The position numbers were made by a program, and so were the translations under genes. The notes under the pieces are model-generated. The model was not told the origin of the DNA, did no database searches, and worked only from the letters and a program-made list of their open reading frames with translations. A stretch of 50,422 bases of DNA. Origin: Trichomonas gallinae. Lineage: Eukaryota. Numbering within the stretch: position 1 is the first letter of the stretch; the number at the start of each line of letters is the position of its first letter. Below, in pieces: positions 39,945 through 50,224 of this stretch. Where the stretch lies: the NCBI GenBank assembly GCA_008369845.1, contig MRSU01010851.1, positions 1 through 50,422 on the forward strand, read 5' to 3'.

Positions 39945-41102
39945 AACTAGTGTCAAAACGTCTTTTCGAATTCAAAAAGTGATTTAAATCTGCGAAAGTT
40001 GATTTTTAATGCGTGAATATTGTTTTTTAGGCGTTTGGCAGATAATTATTCTCAAAAGATTGAAATTTCCTTTTTATTATTATTTTTTATAAATTTAACA
40101 GGAATATTTTTTATCAAAAATCTATCTTATTTTCTCATTATCCTCTTTTGTTTACTAGATAATTCATTACTACACTAGATATATATCATATATGTTTAGT
40201 CAAAATGTTTGATGTTATCATTCATTATGGTGGAAAAGTTGATTAGATTGATTATTAATTTTGGATTTTATTTTATGGATTAAATGATGTGAATGCATTT
40301 TATACATTATATAACAGTGGAAAATGAAGTAATTTTAGAATTTATGCTTTTGGAAAATTAAATTGTAATTATTGACGTTTTCATATATAACAAGCTAAGA
40401 CAGAGCTATTTTTATTGAAATAAATCGAAAATTTGGTGGAAAAAAAATTGGGTAAAATTGAAATCTTTACATTATGGAGATTTTTTGATCAATATACGAT
40501 TGTTAATAATTTTAAATTATATTTATCAATTTTAAAAATTTGAAAAATCAAGAAAAAACATAAAAATTAAGATTATTCCCTAAATTTTGAGTTTTATTAA
40601 TTTTGATTTTCAATTTTATCTCTTCAAATCTAATTATCATATTATATAAACACTCATATCGCATATCGTGCTTACTGTGTCAAATGAGAATTTCAGCTGA
40701 TATTTAAAATTTCATTTATGAAATTGAGCTAAAATCAAAATAGAGATCAGATTGTAGCACCAGCTATAAGTTACATTTAAAAATAAAGTTTAGTAATGGT
40801 AAGAAACTAAATATTTACAAACAATAAGCGTATATTTACGATCCGAAAAGAGTTTTGCGGTCAATCCATCGGATAAAACCTCTTGTATTCATCATGTAAT
40901 GATCAAATTGTAACAAATAAACGCAGGAAACTTGTAAAAAAAAGTTTGGATTCGGAATTTGAAAATTAATCCAAATAAAGTATTCTGTAGTCATTGCAGG
41001 TTTTGTGCAATTGATTTATCGTAATTTTGTATTGAATAATTCGAATAATTTGAAAATCCAAAAAATATTCGTCGAATATGGACAAAATGAGAAATTTTCA
41101 GA

Positions 41103-41981
41103 TTAATTTGTACCCATAAGGTAGTCTTCTGGTTCTGTGAGATCTTCGGAAGAATCGGTGATAAAATTACCAACCATAACTTTCAATCTTGGTGTCTTAG
41201 ACTTAGTTTGTCTTGTAGTCGATTTCATTCTCGAGGCAATGTTGTTTTCATGGATTTGCTTGCATTCGTCGATAAGATCTTTTTGTTCAACCAACTGATT
41301 GTCAGTCATTTGCTGACATTCTTCATCCCAGACGCGAGCAGGCCAGTTTGGATGAACGTATGTATATGATTCAAGTGGGAGAAATGTATGAATTCCAACT
41401 TTTGGATCATTTTGCTGTACATTGTATTCATTCAAGCTGTGAACATACAGCAATGACTTAGGACCAGCAACACGAATTTCACGCCCTGATTTTGTGCTTT
41501 TCTCAATTAATTCTATTTGTGCATGAGTTGGAATGGCTTTTCTTACAAATTGTTCGGTTACGCCTTCTTGAATATCACTCTGGCCATTTGGATTTTCATC
41601 ACTTGTAATTTCTCTAAATCCAGGAACTGGAATATTAACTTTTGGAGCATCAAACGGCCTCTGTTGCTTTTGCTGGACTGGCTCCTTTGGCACACTCACT
41701 GACATAGTTTTGATTGGAGCCATATTGTTAGGATAAGCATTTGAAGGGATGCGAATATTCGAAATAAATCCTTTAAGTGCATTGATAGAAGTATTAATTT
41801 TTGGAAGTGGCTCGAAAATATCAAACGGTTTTGGTGGTTCTTGAATAGCAAATTTATTCAACATATCGTTTGCTTCATTTTTGCATCTTTTTAGAACTGC
41901 GAGTCTGATTTGGATGTATTTCTCCTTTGACCTTTGTTCCTGCTCGAATGTAGGGAAATGATACCGAATTTCGCTGTTCAT
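41103..41981 (-). CDS. Hypothetical protein (292 aa) with PEHE-like motif
   Basis: ATG at 41981 is 4 nt after AAAGTGAC (M2); contains IPVPGFRE...EQFVRKAIPTHAQIELIEK. Confidence 0.75.
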   Translation of the reverse strand: MNSEIRYHFPTFEQEQRSKEKYIQIRLAVLKRCKNEANDMLNKFAIQEPPKPFDIFEPLPKINTSINALKGFISNIRIPSNAYPNNMAPIKTMSVSVPKEPVQQKQQRPFDAPKVNIPVPGFREITSDENPNGQSDIQEGVTEQFVRKAIPTHAQIELIEKSTKSGREIRVAGPKSLLYVHSLNEYNVQQNDPKVGIHTFLPLESYTYVHPNWPARVWDEECQQMTDNQLVEQKDLIDECKQIHENNIASRMKSTTRQTKSKTPRLKVMVGNFITDSSEDLTEPEDYLMGTN

Positions 41982-42208
41982 TAATGTCACTTTTAAGTCA
42001 TGACTTTTTAATTTACTCTTCGGAGCTGATTTTTAGCATCTAATAGCTATAATGTTGAATGAAATTAAAGAAAAATCGTGTTTTGATTAATAATTTTTAA
42101 ATTCAAATTTTGGGGAAATAAAATGAACGAGGCACCGTATTATTTTTGAGAAAATATTTAGTTGAAAGGAATAGAGTTAAGAGGGTATTAGAAATATTTT
42201 TAAACCAT

Positions 42209-42826
42209 TTAGCAGCAGCCCTTTCCCTTTGGTGAAACGGTGTTTGTGTTGACAGCGCCGGACTCTGAAGCTGGCTTTGGTGGAACTAACTTGCCTTCCT
42301 TCTCCTTTCTGATGATGCCTTCACCAAGACGGGCGAATGCTTCCTTAACACCAGTGCCATCCTTAGCGGATGTTTCGATTCTTGTAAGGCCATAGCGCTG
42401 AGCGAAGGCATCAGCTTCAGCCTCATCGATTTGACGTTCTTCTGTAAGATCTGATTTGTTGCCAATAAGGACAATGCAGGCATTTGGAGCAGCGAGGGCG
42501 TTAAGATCATTTAACCATGTGTTAAGCTCTTCGAAAGATGCACGGCTAGTAATATCATAAACAAGGATAGCACCAACAGCGTTCCTGAAGTATGCCTTTG
42601 AGACAGAGCGGAAGCGTTCCTGGCCAGCAGTATCCCAAATTTGAAGCTTGATGTTATCTCCGTCAGCAGTCAAGGAGTATGTCTTGAATTCAACACCGAT
42701 TGTTGGCTGACCTTCTTCGTTGAACTTTCCGTCGATGAGCTGGCGAACGACGGCTGTCTTGCCGACACCAGAAGAACCAACGACGACGACTTTGAAAGAG
42801 TTAGCAGATGTAGAATCCGAACTCAT
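42209..42826 (-). CDS. Rab family small GTPase
   Basis: GSSGVGKT, PTIGVEF, KLQIWDTAGQERFRSV, YFRNA, LVYDIT, GNKSD, ETSAK and a C-terminal CC prenylation motif; Inr TCACTT about 10 nt upstream (42836-42843). Confidence 0.97.
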   Translation of the reverse strand: MSSDSTSANSFKVVVVGSSGVGKTAVVRQLIDGKFNEEGQPTIGVEFKTYSLTADGDNIKLQIWDTAGQERFRSVSKAYFRNAVGAILVYDITSRASFEELNTWLNDLNALAAPNACIVLIGNKSDLTEERQIDEAEADAFAQRYGLTRIETSAKDGTGVKEAFARLGEGIIRKEKEGKLVPPKPASESGAVNTNTVSPKGKGCC

Positions 42827-43496
42827 TTATAAATAAAAGTGACACTAAACCATCGGTTAGTCTTTTGTTTTAAATCAACATCATATCTAAAAGCAAATCT
42901 ATTCCCCTTGTTAAAAATGTTTACGCAGAAAAAGGATCAATTTTATTTCGCCAAGCTGGAAATATAGATCTTTTATTAGTATTCGATGAAATATCGATAA
43001 TGGCTCAGAAAATGCGGCAAAATCTTTTGAAATAATTTTTTATTTTCATTTTTCGAAAAATTTATGTCAAACAAACAACCTACAAATAATACATCGTTTA
43101 GCCAATTTATCTCTTTAATCTTGACTGATTTTTGATTATTATCTCAATACATCCAAAATTATCAATAATAACCATACAAATTAACCTTCTGTTATTCATT
43201 TTCTTCAACAATATACCCCATATTTCTTTGTATATTAGTCAATGAGAAAGAATTTGACGATTGAATTTTCATGGTTCGAAGTAATTACATCGGATAAGAT
43301 AAATAGGTTTATATAGTACACTAAAGTTGAATTTTTATAACCCAAAGCATCAAATCAAAAAACTATTGATTCGAAATATATAAAATTTTGGATTAATCTG
43401 AAAGTAAAGTAGTCAACAATTGCTATATACATACAACAATCTATTAAACAGAATAAAGTTGTTAATAGACCCGTAATTTGGGTTGGTCAGATAATA

Positions 43497-43715
43497 TTAA
43501 GCTGTTTCGACATCATTCTTTTGAGTTTGGTCTTCTTCATGCTCAAATTCATCTACTACTGACTCAAAGCCAGGGAATTTTCTTATATCTTCATTCGAAT
43601 CTTTCTTTTTTGGGACAGCAGTTGCTTGAACGAAGGCTTCTGGACGGCGCATTTCAGCTGGCGCATACATGTTAAATATTTCTTGGGAACAATCGTTTGA
43701 ACAACAAATTCCCAT
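43497..43715 (-). CDS. Small (72 aa) putatively myristoylated and palmitoylated protein
   Basis: ATG at 43715 directly after Inr GTCACTTTTTCAA; N-terminus MGICCS fits MGxxxS with adjacent cysteines; acidic tail. Confidence 0.65.
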   Translation of the reverse strand: MGICCSNDCSQEIFNMYAPAEMRRPEAFVQATAVPKKKDSNEDIRKFPGFESVVDEFEHEEDQTQKNDVETA

Positions 43716-43720
43716 TTGAA

Positions 43721-43810
43721 AAAGTGACGACATTACAAAAAGTGACATCGACTAAAAGTGTCAATATTAAAAGTGACATAATTAAAAGTGACAATAATAT
43801 GAAAAGTGAC
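43721..43810. promoter_or_regulatory. Array of six AAAGTGAC (M2 / reverse-strand Inr) motifs in a bidirectional promoter
   Basis: Copies at 43721, 43739, 43755 (AAAGTGTC variant), 43770, 43785 and 43803, between divergent ATGs at 43715 and 43839. Confidence 0.8.
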
Positions 43811-43838
43811 GTATTTTGCGCACGTTTAAAGTAATTTC

Positions 43839-44735
43839 ATGGATTTGTTGTTGGAAGCTGAGAAAATCATTAATTCTGCTCGGGATCCATCAGCGAGGAT
43901 AGTTTATGAAGAAGAGAAAGGATATATTCAATTAGGACCTTTCAAATCCATTGTTAAGAATTTACAAGCCGAAAATATCGAAATTAGAGCAAAAATAGAT
44001 GAAATTAAATCAGAAAAACAGATATCACTACACGATTTTATCACTCAAAAGTTGAATAATATCATCAGACAACTGAACGCGAATGTCATCATTTCTCCTG
44101 ATTTAAATGAAACAAGAAAACTCCTTAATCAAACACTAAAAATCTACGAATCAAATGTTAGACAAGATATGATCGATATTAAAGAAGATAATCAAAAGAT
44201 ACGCAATAAAATTTCTCAAATAAAAGATGTTCCTCAATTTAAGAGCGATTATTCTCCACAAGTACTTGAAGAAAAATCAGCTACAGCCAAAAAACTTGAA
44301 ATTGAAATACAGAACATTGAAAATGAATTAAATGAAGCACAGATACAAAATAACATATACAAACAAAACTCTATCAATATAAGGAAGCAAATTAAAAGTA
44401 TGAAATCGCGAGTTAAAACAATTACAGAAGTTGAAAATAATATTTCACACAAATATAACTCATCAAGGGCTGTAATACAGCAACTGCAGGATCAAACAAA
44501 AGAAATCAAGAACAAAATCACACAAACAAAGCTTTTACAAAGATATTCAGATTCGATTTTAGAAAATCCAAAGGAGAAGCTTAATGCAATGCACAAGCTT
44601 CTTAATGAAATAGATGAACTAAAGAAAATTAACGATGATTTACAAAGCCAAAAGACTCGTGCAAAGATAAATTCAATCAAACAAAATCAACACATCAATT
44701 ACAAGACAAATTCATTCAGATTCGTCCGTGAATAA
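43839..44735 (+). CDS. Coiled-coil hypothetical protein (298 aa)
   Basis: ATG ORF with K/N/Q/I-rich heptads throughout. Confidence 0.75.
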   Translation: MDLLLEAEKIINSARDPSARIVYEEEKGYIQLGPFKSIVKNLQAENIEIRAKIDEIKSEKQISLHDFITQKLNNIIRQLNANVIISPDLNETRKLLNQTLKIYESNVRQDMIDIKEDNQKIRNKISQIKDVPQFKSDYSPQVLEEKSATAKKLEIEIQNIENELNEAQIQNNIYKQNSINIRKQIKSMKSRVKTITEVENNISHKYNSSRAVIQQLQDQTKEIKNKITQTKLLQRYSDSILENPKEKLNAMHKLLNEIDELKKINDDLQSQKTRAKINSIKQNQHINYKTNSFRFVRE

Positions 44736-45095
44736 TTCAGTTCACTTTGCAATTCCAAAAAATATTGATAACTTTTTCATTATTGAAATTATTTCCCGCA
44801 AATCATCCCATTAATTAACACTACACCTTACTTATATCATACTTTAATTTAATGAAATTATCAAAATATTTAACAAAAATAATTTGATAATTTCTTAAAC
44901 CATGCTTTATAACCAATAGCATAGGACCATCCTATGCAAATCCATTAATTAATTATTCCATTTTCTCGTTTAATTATTGAAATATTGCAAAATATTAATA
45001 TTATCATGAGTTATGATGATATATGATCCAGTAAGAGATGTCTAGATGATTAATTAGTGTCAAATCGCTCGATTCCGAGTTTTTGGTAATGCTAA

Positions 45096-45103
45096 AAAGT
45101 GAC
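45096..45103 (+). promoter_or_regulatory. M2 motif AAAGTGAC immediately upstream of an ATG
   Basis: Exact motif 2 nt before ATG 45106; the same arrangement occurs at 41986-41993 (minus strand). Confidence 0.6.
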
Positions 45104-45105
45104 AA

Positions 45106-48100
45106 ATGCTTCGTGATGTTTTGGAAGAATTCGAAATAGGCAGAATTGACAATTCCAACGGCCAATTCATCATGATGGACTGCATGACATGTGGATCTAT
45201 CAGTGTCACTGCTGTTGCCACTCAATCTCAAACTCTTTATGTTTTTGTTATTTCTCCTCTAGTAAATGTACCGATAACGTCTAAAATAGAAACGAAAAAA
45301 GAAATTATTACCAAAATAAGAATATCATGCGATCTGTCAGCAGTCGCTATTTTTTATAAAGATAATTCTTTCGAAATATTTCCAATATCAAATGTTGTTA
45401 TTCGCGCGCATCCAATGAATATCTACGGAATATGCGACAAACTTTCGTTTTCAAGTATGCAACTGAATATATCTGAAGACCAACCGCCTCCACAGCGTCA
45501 ATATTCAAATTCTCCGCCAAATTCGACAGATACAATAACAAATGCTTTCTGGTGGGATTCAGGCATAGCAGGAGTCCTCCTTGTCGTTACAGACACGGCC
45601 GCAATCAAAGTCTGGAAATTGTCTAATATGACGACTCCCGTTCTCGTTTGCCCATATACAGGAATCCACATTTCTTCGGTCAAAATACACCGAAATTCAG
45701 TCATTATTTACGCATTTAACCAAAAATTTGATTTTCATCAAATAACTTTATTCACACAAGACAGAAAATTATCGATAAAACATAAAAAGCTTTCGCTAAA
45801 TAACATAAGCAAATCGTCTCTTTTGATCCAAGCTTCAGGTTTACATGAATCAAAATGGGAATTCGGCGTGCTTCAGAAAGATCTCATCTTTTATGATTCC
45901 ATTGGACATGATATACTGCACGTACCAATAAGCGGGGGTACAAGAGCTCAGCCGAACTCTTTTGCAATAACAAAACATTTTATTTTCTATTCTAATGGAG
46001 GAAGAGTTGCAGCAAACTTCTTTAAGAACCTAGAAAACGCGAAAACATTCTTTTTATTCGGCCAAACAAGCATTGCTGTGTTGGATTATAACAGAGACAT
46101 GATTGCTTGCTTGGCAAATGGCTCTGTTACAGTTCTTAGACCAAAATCAGAACCAGAAAACATTTTCCGTGAGATGGCACAAGCAAATCGATGGAATGAA
46201 GCTTTTGAAATTTGTGGTGCGTTTGAACTTGAGTTTCCGAAGATTTGCGCTAATATGGCGTCTGAATTCATCAAAGAGGGAAAGAACCATGAAGCTTTGG
46301 CTATGTATAAACAAGGAAATTGCGGATTTATTGAAATGATTCACAGATTTTTGCCTGCTGGACAAGAAAGATTTGCACTTCACGTAGCTTTGGAGGCTTT
46401 AGTTGATGAATCGCCAATTGCAACTGTTCCAAAACAAAGTTTAAGACAAGTTATCGATATTTTGTGGCAAAGATTGAGAGTCAAGTGGGAAACCTTCCCA
46501 TCTTTCAGAGCATCATGCAACAGACTCGAACCAAGCAGAAATTGCCTCTTATCACCGGATAAATTCAGAGCTTCTCCATTATTCGACAAAATTCAAGATG
46601 GAACCTGCGAATCAGTTCCTGGTTCACTGTTATATAGATATTATACAGCAATTTTCAATGAAAAATTAGCTCTAAAATATATAAATTCTGCATGTAAGAT
46701 TGACCTCGTAAATCCACCACGAGAATCATCACCACAGTTCCAAGCACTCGTTAGACAGTTATTTGCATCGAAGAAAACAACATTTGAAAATATTTCGATC
46801 AAAGATTTGATGAAAATTGCAAATAACAAAACATACATCACAAAGAATGACTTATATATCAATAACAACTTGATTTCACTTGATCACAAGATCATTGACT
46901 TCGAAATTGTCCAAAATACAATTTATTTATTGACTTATGATCATATTGTGTTGTATTCAGATCTTTCTAACATCAATTTCATTCATCTCAAGACAAGTGC
47001 TCCAATTCTCACAATTCGTTCATCAAAAACTAGAATTGGATTAATATCTATGTCAGGAGATTTAACAATTATCGAGCAAACAGGAGATTCATCTGTTTTC
47101 ACAGGTGATTTCATTGATATTGCAATGACAGAGACTTTTATCGTTGGATTAACAAATGATGGAACAGCAATGATCAAAAACTACAAAGACAAAGAGTTTA
47201 GGAAGATTTACGATGACCACTTCATAAAAGCAGTTGCTGCTTGCGGAGATTTCTATTATTTATTCTTTTCACCAAAACAATGCATAATTTCTACTATTAT
47301 TAATAGTAATGGCCAAGGAAAGCAAATTTCACTTGATTTCAACGTAGAATTGTCAATAACAACAAAAGATGCAGCATACGTTGCAGGAGACGGTTTTATT
47401 TTAATTTTCAAAGGCGAGAATCAACAGATTTATAAGTATTCGCAGAGAATTGGAACAATAACAAATATTTGTCCGAATAGTGACGGAATTACTATAATTG
47501 GTACAGCAAGTGATGCCATGACGATATGTTTTGAGACTAAAAATGATACAATTCCACCGAATTATGATGATCTTGGTTTAATAGCTGAGAAATACGAAAA
47601 AGATTTTATTCTCCCAATGTTTAACGGAACAGAAGCCATTAACATTCTCCGTGTATTATATGGAGACTGGAGAGACTTCAAACTTCCACCAGATCCATCA
47701 GTTCTCATTTCAAATCTCAAAAGAATGAATGTTGACAATGCAGGTTCACTAATTCACCAACTATTGGCCGCAAATGTCAAATTAAGCGATGACATCATTA
47801 CTTCTCGTGCAGCAAAGAAATTATTTTATTTATATCCAGAAGATCTCAAATTTCTAACGAGCGAACAAGTCAAAATGCTGACACAGAGAAGGAAAGTTCG
47901 CAAATACAAAGGAATTGATAACGTTACATATAAAATGCTACAGAATTCTACAGATAACACAGTTATTCCTTCCAAATACCTCAAAGAAGGGACAACGATC
48001 TCAGCTTTCTCGTGTGGTCATGTCTTGGACCAAGATGAGATGAAAGACACAATTAAAAGTTTAATTGATTTTTGCAACGAAAACAAGATGGAAAACGTTG

Positions 48101-48192
48101 CGAAACTCGCTGAGACGAAATATCAGCTTCCCCTCATCCACGCGCAGTGTCCGAAATGTTTGCAAAGAAACATTCAAAGAAATTTAGCTTAA
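45106..48192 (+). CDS. Beta-propeller / alpha-solenoid / second propeller / C-terminal zinc-finger protein (Vps-like, possibly Claret-like)
   Basis: Beta-rich N-terminus, helical WNEAFEICGAF...EALAMYK region, second beta-rich region (IDIAMTETFIVGLTNDGT, IKAVAACGDFYYL), C-terminal FSCGH...CPKC. Confidence 0.7.
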   Translation: MLRDVLEEFEIGRIDNSNGQFIMMDCMTCGSISVTAVATQSQTLYVFVISPLVNVPITSKIETKKEIITKIRISCDLSAVAIFYKDNSFEIFPISNVVIRAHPMNIYGICDKLSFSSMQLNISEDQPPPQRQYSNSPPNSTDTITNAFWWDSGIAGVLLVVTDTAAIKVWKLSNMTTPVLVCPYTGIHISSVKIHRNSVIIYAFNQKFDFHQITLFTQDRKLSIKHKKLSLNNISKSSLLIQASGLHESKWEFGVLQKDLIFYDSIGHDILHVPISGGTRAQPNSFAITKHFIFYSNGGRVAANFFKNLENAKTFFLFGQTSIAVLDYNRDMIACLANGSVTVLRPKSEPENIFREMAQANRWNEAFEICGAFELEFPKICANMASEFIKEGKNHEALAMYKQGNCGFIEMIHRFLPAGQERFALHVALEALVDESPIATVPKQSLRQVIDILWQRLRVKWETFPSFRASCNRLEPSRNCLLSPDKFRASPLFDKIQDGTCESVPGSLLYRYYTAIFNEKLALKYINSACKIDLVNPPRESSPQFQALVRQLFASKKTTFENISIKDLMKIANNKTYITKNDLYINNNLISLDHKIIDFEIVQNTIYLLTYDHIVLYSDLSNINFIHLKTSAPILTIRSSKTRIGLISMSGDLTIIEQTGDSSVFTGDFIDIAMTETFIVGLTNDGTAMIKNYKDKEFRKIYDDHFIKAVAACGDFYYLFFSPKQCIISTIINSNGQGKQISLDFNVELSITTKDAAYVAGDGFILIFKGENQQIYKYSQRIGTITNICPNSDGITIIGTASDAMTICFETKNDTIPPNYDDLGLIAEKYEKDFILPMFNGTEAINILRVLYGDWRDFKLPPDPSVLISNLKRMNVDNAGSLIHQLLAANVKLSDDIITSRAAKKLFYLYPEDLKFLTSEQVKMLTQRRKVRKYKGIDNVTYKMLQNSTDNTVIPSKYLKEGTTISAFSCGHVLDQDEMKDTIKSLIDFCNENKMENVAKLAETKYQLPLIHAQCPKCLQRNIQRNLA

Positions 48193-48399
48193 TAAATTGT
48201 TTTTTATTTGTTTTTATTTTAGTAATCAATCAAGTATTTATTATAACAACTTTATAACGAAATTAAGCGAAAATAATTTTGATGAATTAATATAATAAGA
48301 TATAGCAGGATTTCTTGTATGAAAATAAGTGTATAAGGCGATATATGTACTATTGCAGCCTAAGGAAATGTTTTTGGATGTGATTTCATTGATTCATAA

Positions 48400-48756
48400 T
48401 TATTCTAGTTGATCTGGATTGTTATCAATCCATCTCTGAGCCTGATCAATGGTTCCAGAGATGTGTGGAACTCGTATTTTTGCTTTAGCGCCAGCAACAT
48501 GATCTAAAGTTTCCATCATCGCGACATAATTCGTTGCCCAGTCACGAGCGACTCTTAAAACACCAGCCATTTTGTCTGGTTGCCATACAACAAGACTTAT
48601 CGATGATAAAACATTTCCAGCTCCAAAATCTCCGAACATTTCAACGAATGGCTTGAACAGACTCTTAGGAATGGATGTTCCATCACCAAAATCTGCTGTA
48701 TTCGCATCATCTGGAATAACTTTAAAAATAATATAGCGATGTTTGACTCTTACCAT
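48400..48756 (-). CDS. POP5: RNase P/MRP subunit Pop5 (Rpp14/Pop5 family)
   Basis: MVRVKHRYIIF start, MFGDFGAG, GVLRVARD and HISGTI; size typical of Pop5. Confidence 0.88.
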   Translation of the reverse strand: MVRVKHRYIIFKVIPDDANTADFGDGTSIPKSLFKPFVEMFGDFGAGNVLSSISLVVWQPDKMAGVLRVARDWATNYVAMMETLDHVAGAKAKIRVPHISGTIDQAQRWIDNNPDQLE

Positions 48757-48766
48757 TTTTTATTTA

Positions 48767-48905
48767 TCATATCACATGTCATTGTTTTTGTTTGTCAATT
48801 TTCATTACATGTCAGACTCAAGATTTTCATATCACATGTCTATTTTGGTTTGTAAATTGTTATTACATGTCAGATAAAAGTACTATTTTTCACATCACAT
48901 GTCTG
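48767..48905. repeat. ~60-bp unit x2.5 containing five ACATGTC sites in the Pop5 upstream region
   Basis: ACATGTC at 48774, 48807, 48834, 48865 and 48897, alternating catatcACATGTC-type and attACATGTCag contexts. Confidence 0.8.
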
Positions 48906-49040
48906 AGGTATAAATATTTTTTCTAAATCATCTTTCATCGCAGAAATTTGTTTTTTATTAATCAGAGCAAGTTCATATAATAGATTTAGATGTGCTATGT
49001 CTTATTATAATATATATTGAAGTTTGGCTAAGTTATAATC

Positions 49041-49400
49041 AATGTTAATAGAGATATTTGCAAACTTTTGTTGTTGTGCAATTTTTGCATGATTTTGTCA
49101 CTTTTAGAACAAACCAAACAGAGTTTTTCAAAATCATTTGTGGTGAAAAATGTGAGCCCTTTCGTGTTGTGTTCATTTTGCACACTACATACACTCGTTA
49201 GAATGAGATAGGCCGATCGGCATCGATGCTGGAAGGTTTTCTATCAACCATTCACAACAAAAATTCATACTTTTCTCGTTTTTGAGTCTACAATTGTTTA
49301 AATTTTATACTAATACATGCTGTCCTGCATGCTTCAATAATTTTTCGATAATATGAAATTAATCTGCTCTTTAAAATTTTTTAATTTGATTGGACTTCTG
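49041..49400 (+). pseudogene. Highly decayed ankyrin-repeat relic
   Basis: Fragments in shifting frames: NRDICKLLLL, EFFKIICG, NEIGRSASML, ACFNN and MKLICSLK, resembling repeats of the intact ankyrin gene in this window. Confidence 0.35.
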
Positions 49401-49750
49401 AACTGTGTTAATATGATATAGCATTCATATAATGAACAAATATTTAATTGTATATTTAGTTATAATGGGAATGGAAGAAAAAGAAATATCGAGTGCATAC
49501 GAGAAATATAGAAAAATATAGCTATAAATGATATTGCAGTTTGTATGAAAGTTAGTATGTCTTTGCTATTGTAAATTTGAAAAAAATTTTTGTATGAAAA
49601 AGAATGAAATAACTTATTGTGCAAAGATAAATGCAGTCTATGGTTAAAGATAAATAGTTTAGAAGTGTGAAGTCACTTACTGTTTAATTTGAAATATAAA
49701 AATAACAAGAATTTGGGAAGATAAATGTACAAGATAGTTCAATCAGTAAC

Positions 49751-50173
49751 TTACTGCTTCGACATTTCATATGACTGAACTGGCGGGATGTAATTTTGCT
49801 GTGGTGGTTGCTGTTCATCCATTAAGCTGTTTGGATTCTCCTTTTCGCCGAAGTAATATTCTTCTTTCGTTGGCTTTCCAAAACCGTTCTTTAATTCTCT
49901 TCCATCTTGGCAAATTGCGCAGCATTGGCAAAAAGTGAAGACGAGGCAGTCATTTCCGCAGTCACGCTTCATGTGCTTCCTTGTTCTGATCAGCTGCCTC
50001 GTCCAGTATGGATTCTGGGCGCAGAGGCACTGAATAATTCCGCACTGCTGGTCCATTGCAATAGACCAGTTGGAGGCGATTGAGCACGGACAGCAGAAAG
50101 CTGTGTATAGGCATAAATTCGCGTCTACCATCATGTCAAAAAGCTCTGTTCCAAAATCGGCAGCGCTGCTCAT
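49751..50173 (-). CDS. PLAC8 / cornifelin family Cys-rich protein (140 aa)
   Basis: FGTELFD...CLYTAFCCPC...RQLIR......DCGNDCLVFTFCQCCAICQDGREL. First ATG at 50173. Confidence 0.88.
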   Translation of the reverse strand: MSSAADFGTELFDMMVDANLCLYTAFCCPCSIASNWSIAMDQQCGIIQCLCAQNPYWTRQLIRTRKHMKRDCGNDCLVFTFCQCCAICQDGRELKNGFGKPTKEEYYFGEKENPNSLMDEQQPPQQNYIPPVQSYEMSKQ

Positions 50174-50224
50174 ACTTTCTGACAAATAAAAAATTTTTTG
50201 TCATGTAAATATTCGACATATTTT

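Noticed and set aside
43721..43810. Repeat-spacer pattern as a CRISPR-like array
   Set aside because: Repeats are 8-9 nt with 7-10 nt spacers, there are no cas genes, and the context is a eukaryotic promoter.
35265..48192. DOCK, Rab and Vps/Claret-like genes as a functional trafficking cluster
   Set aside because: Mixed orientations with unrelated genes interspersed, and these families are large in trichomonads. The Rab lacks the Rab32-type WDIAGQE motif.
49097..49260. Possible RNase P/MRP RNA next to Pop5 (GTCACTTT followed by short palindromes)
   Set aside because: No CR-I/CR-V (P4) consensus found; the region fits an ankyrin relic better.
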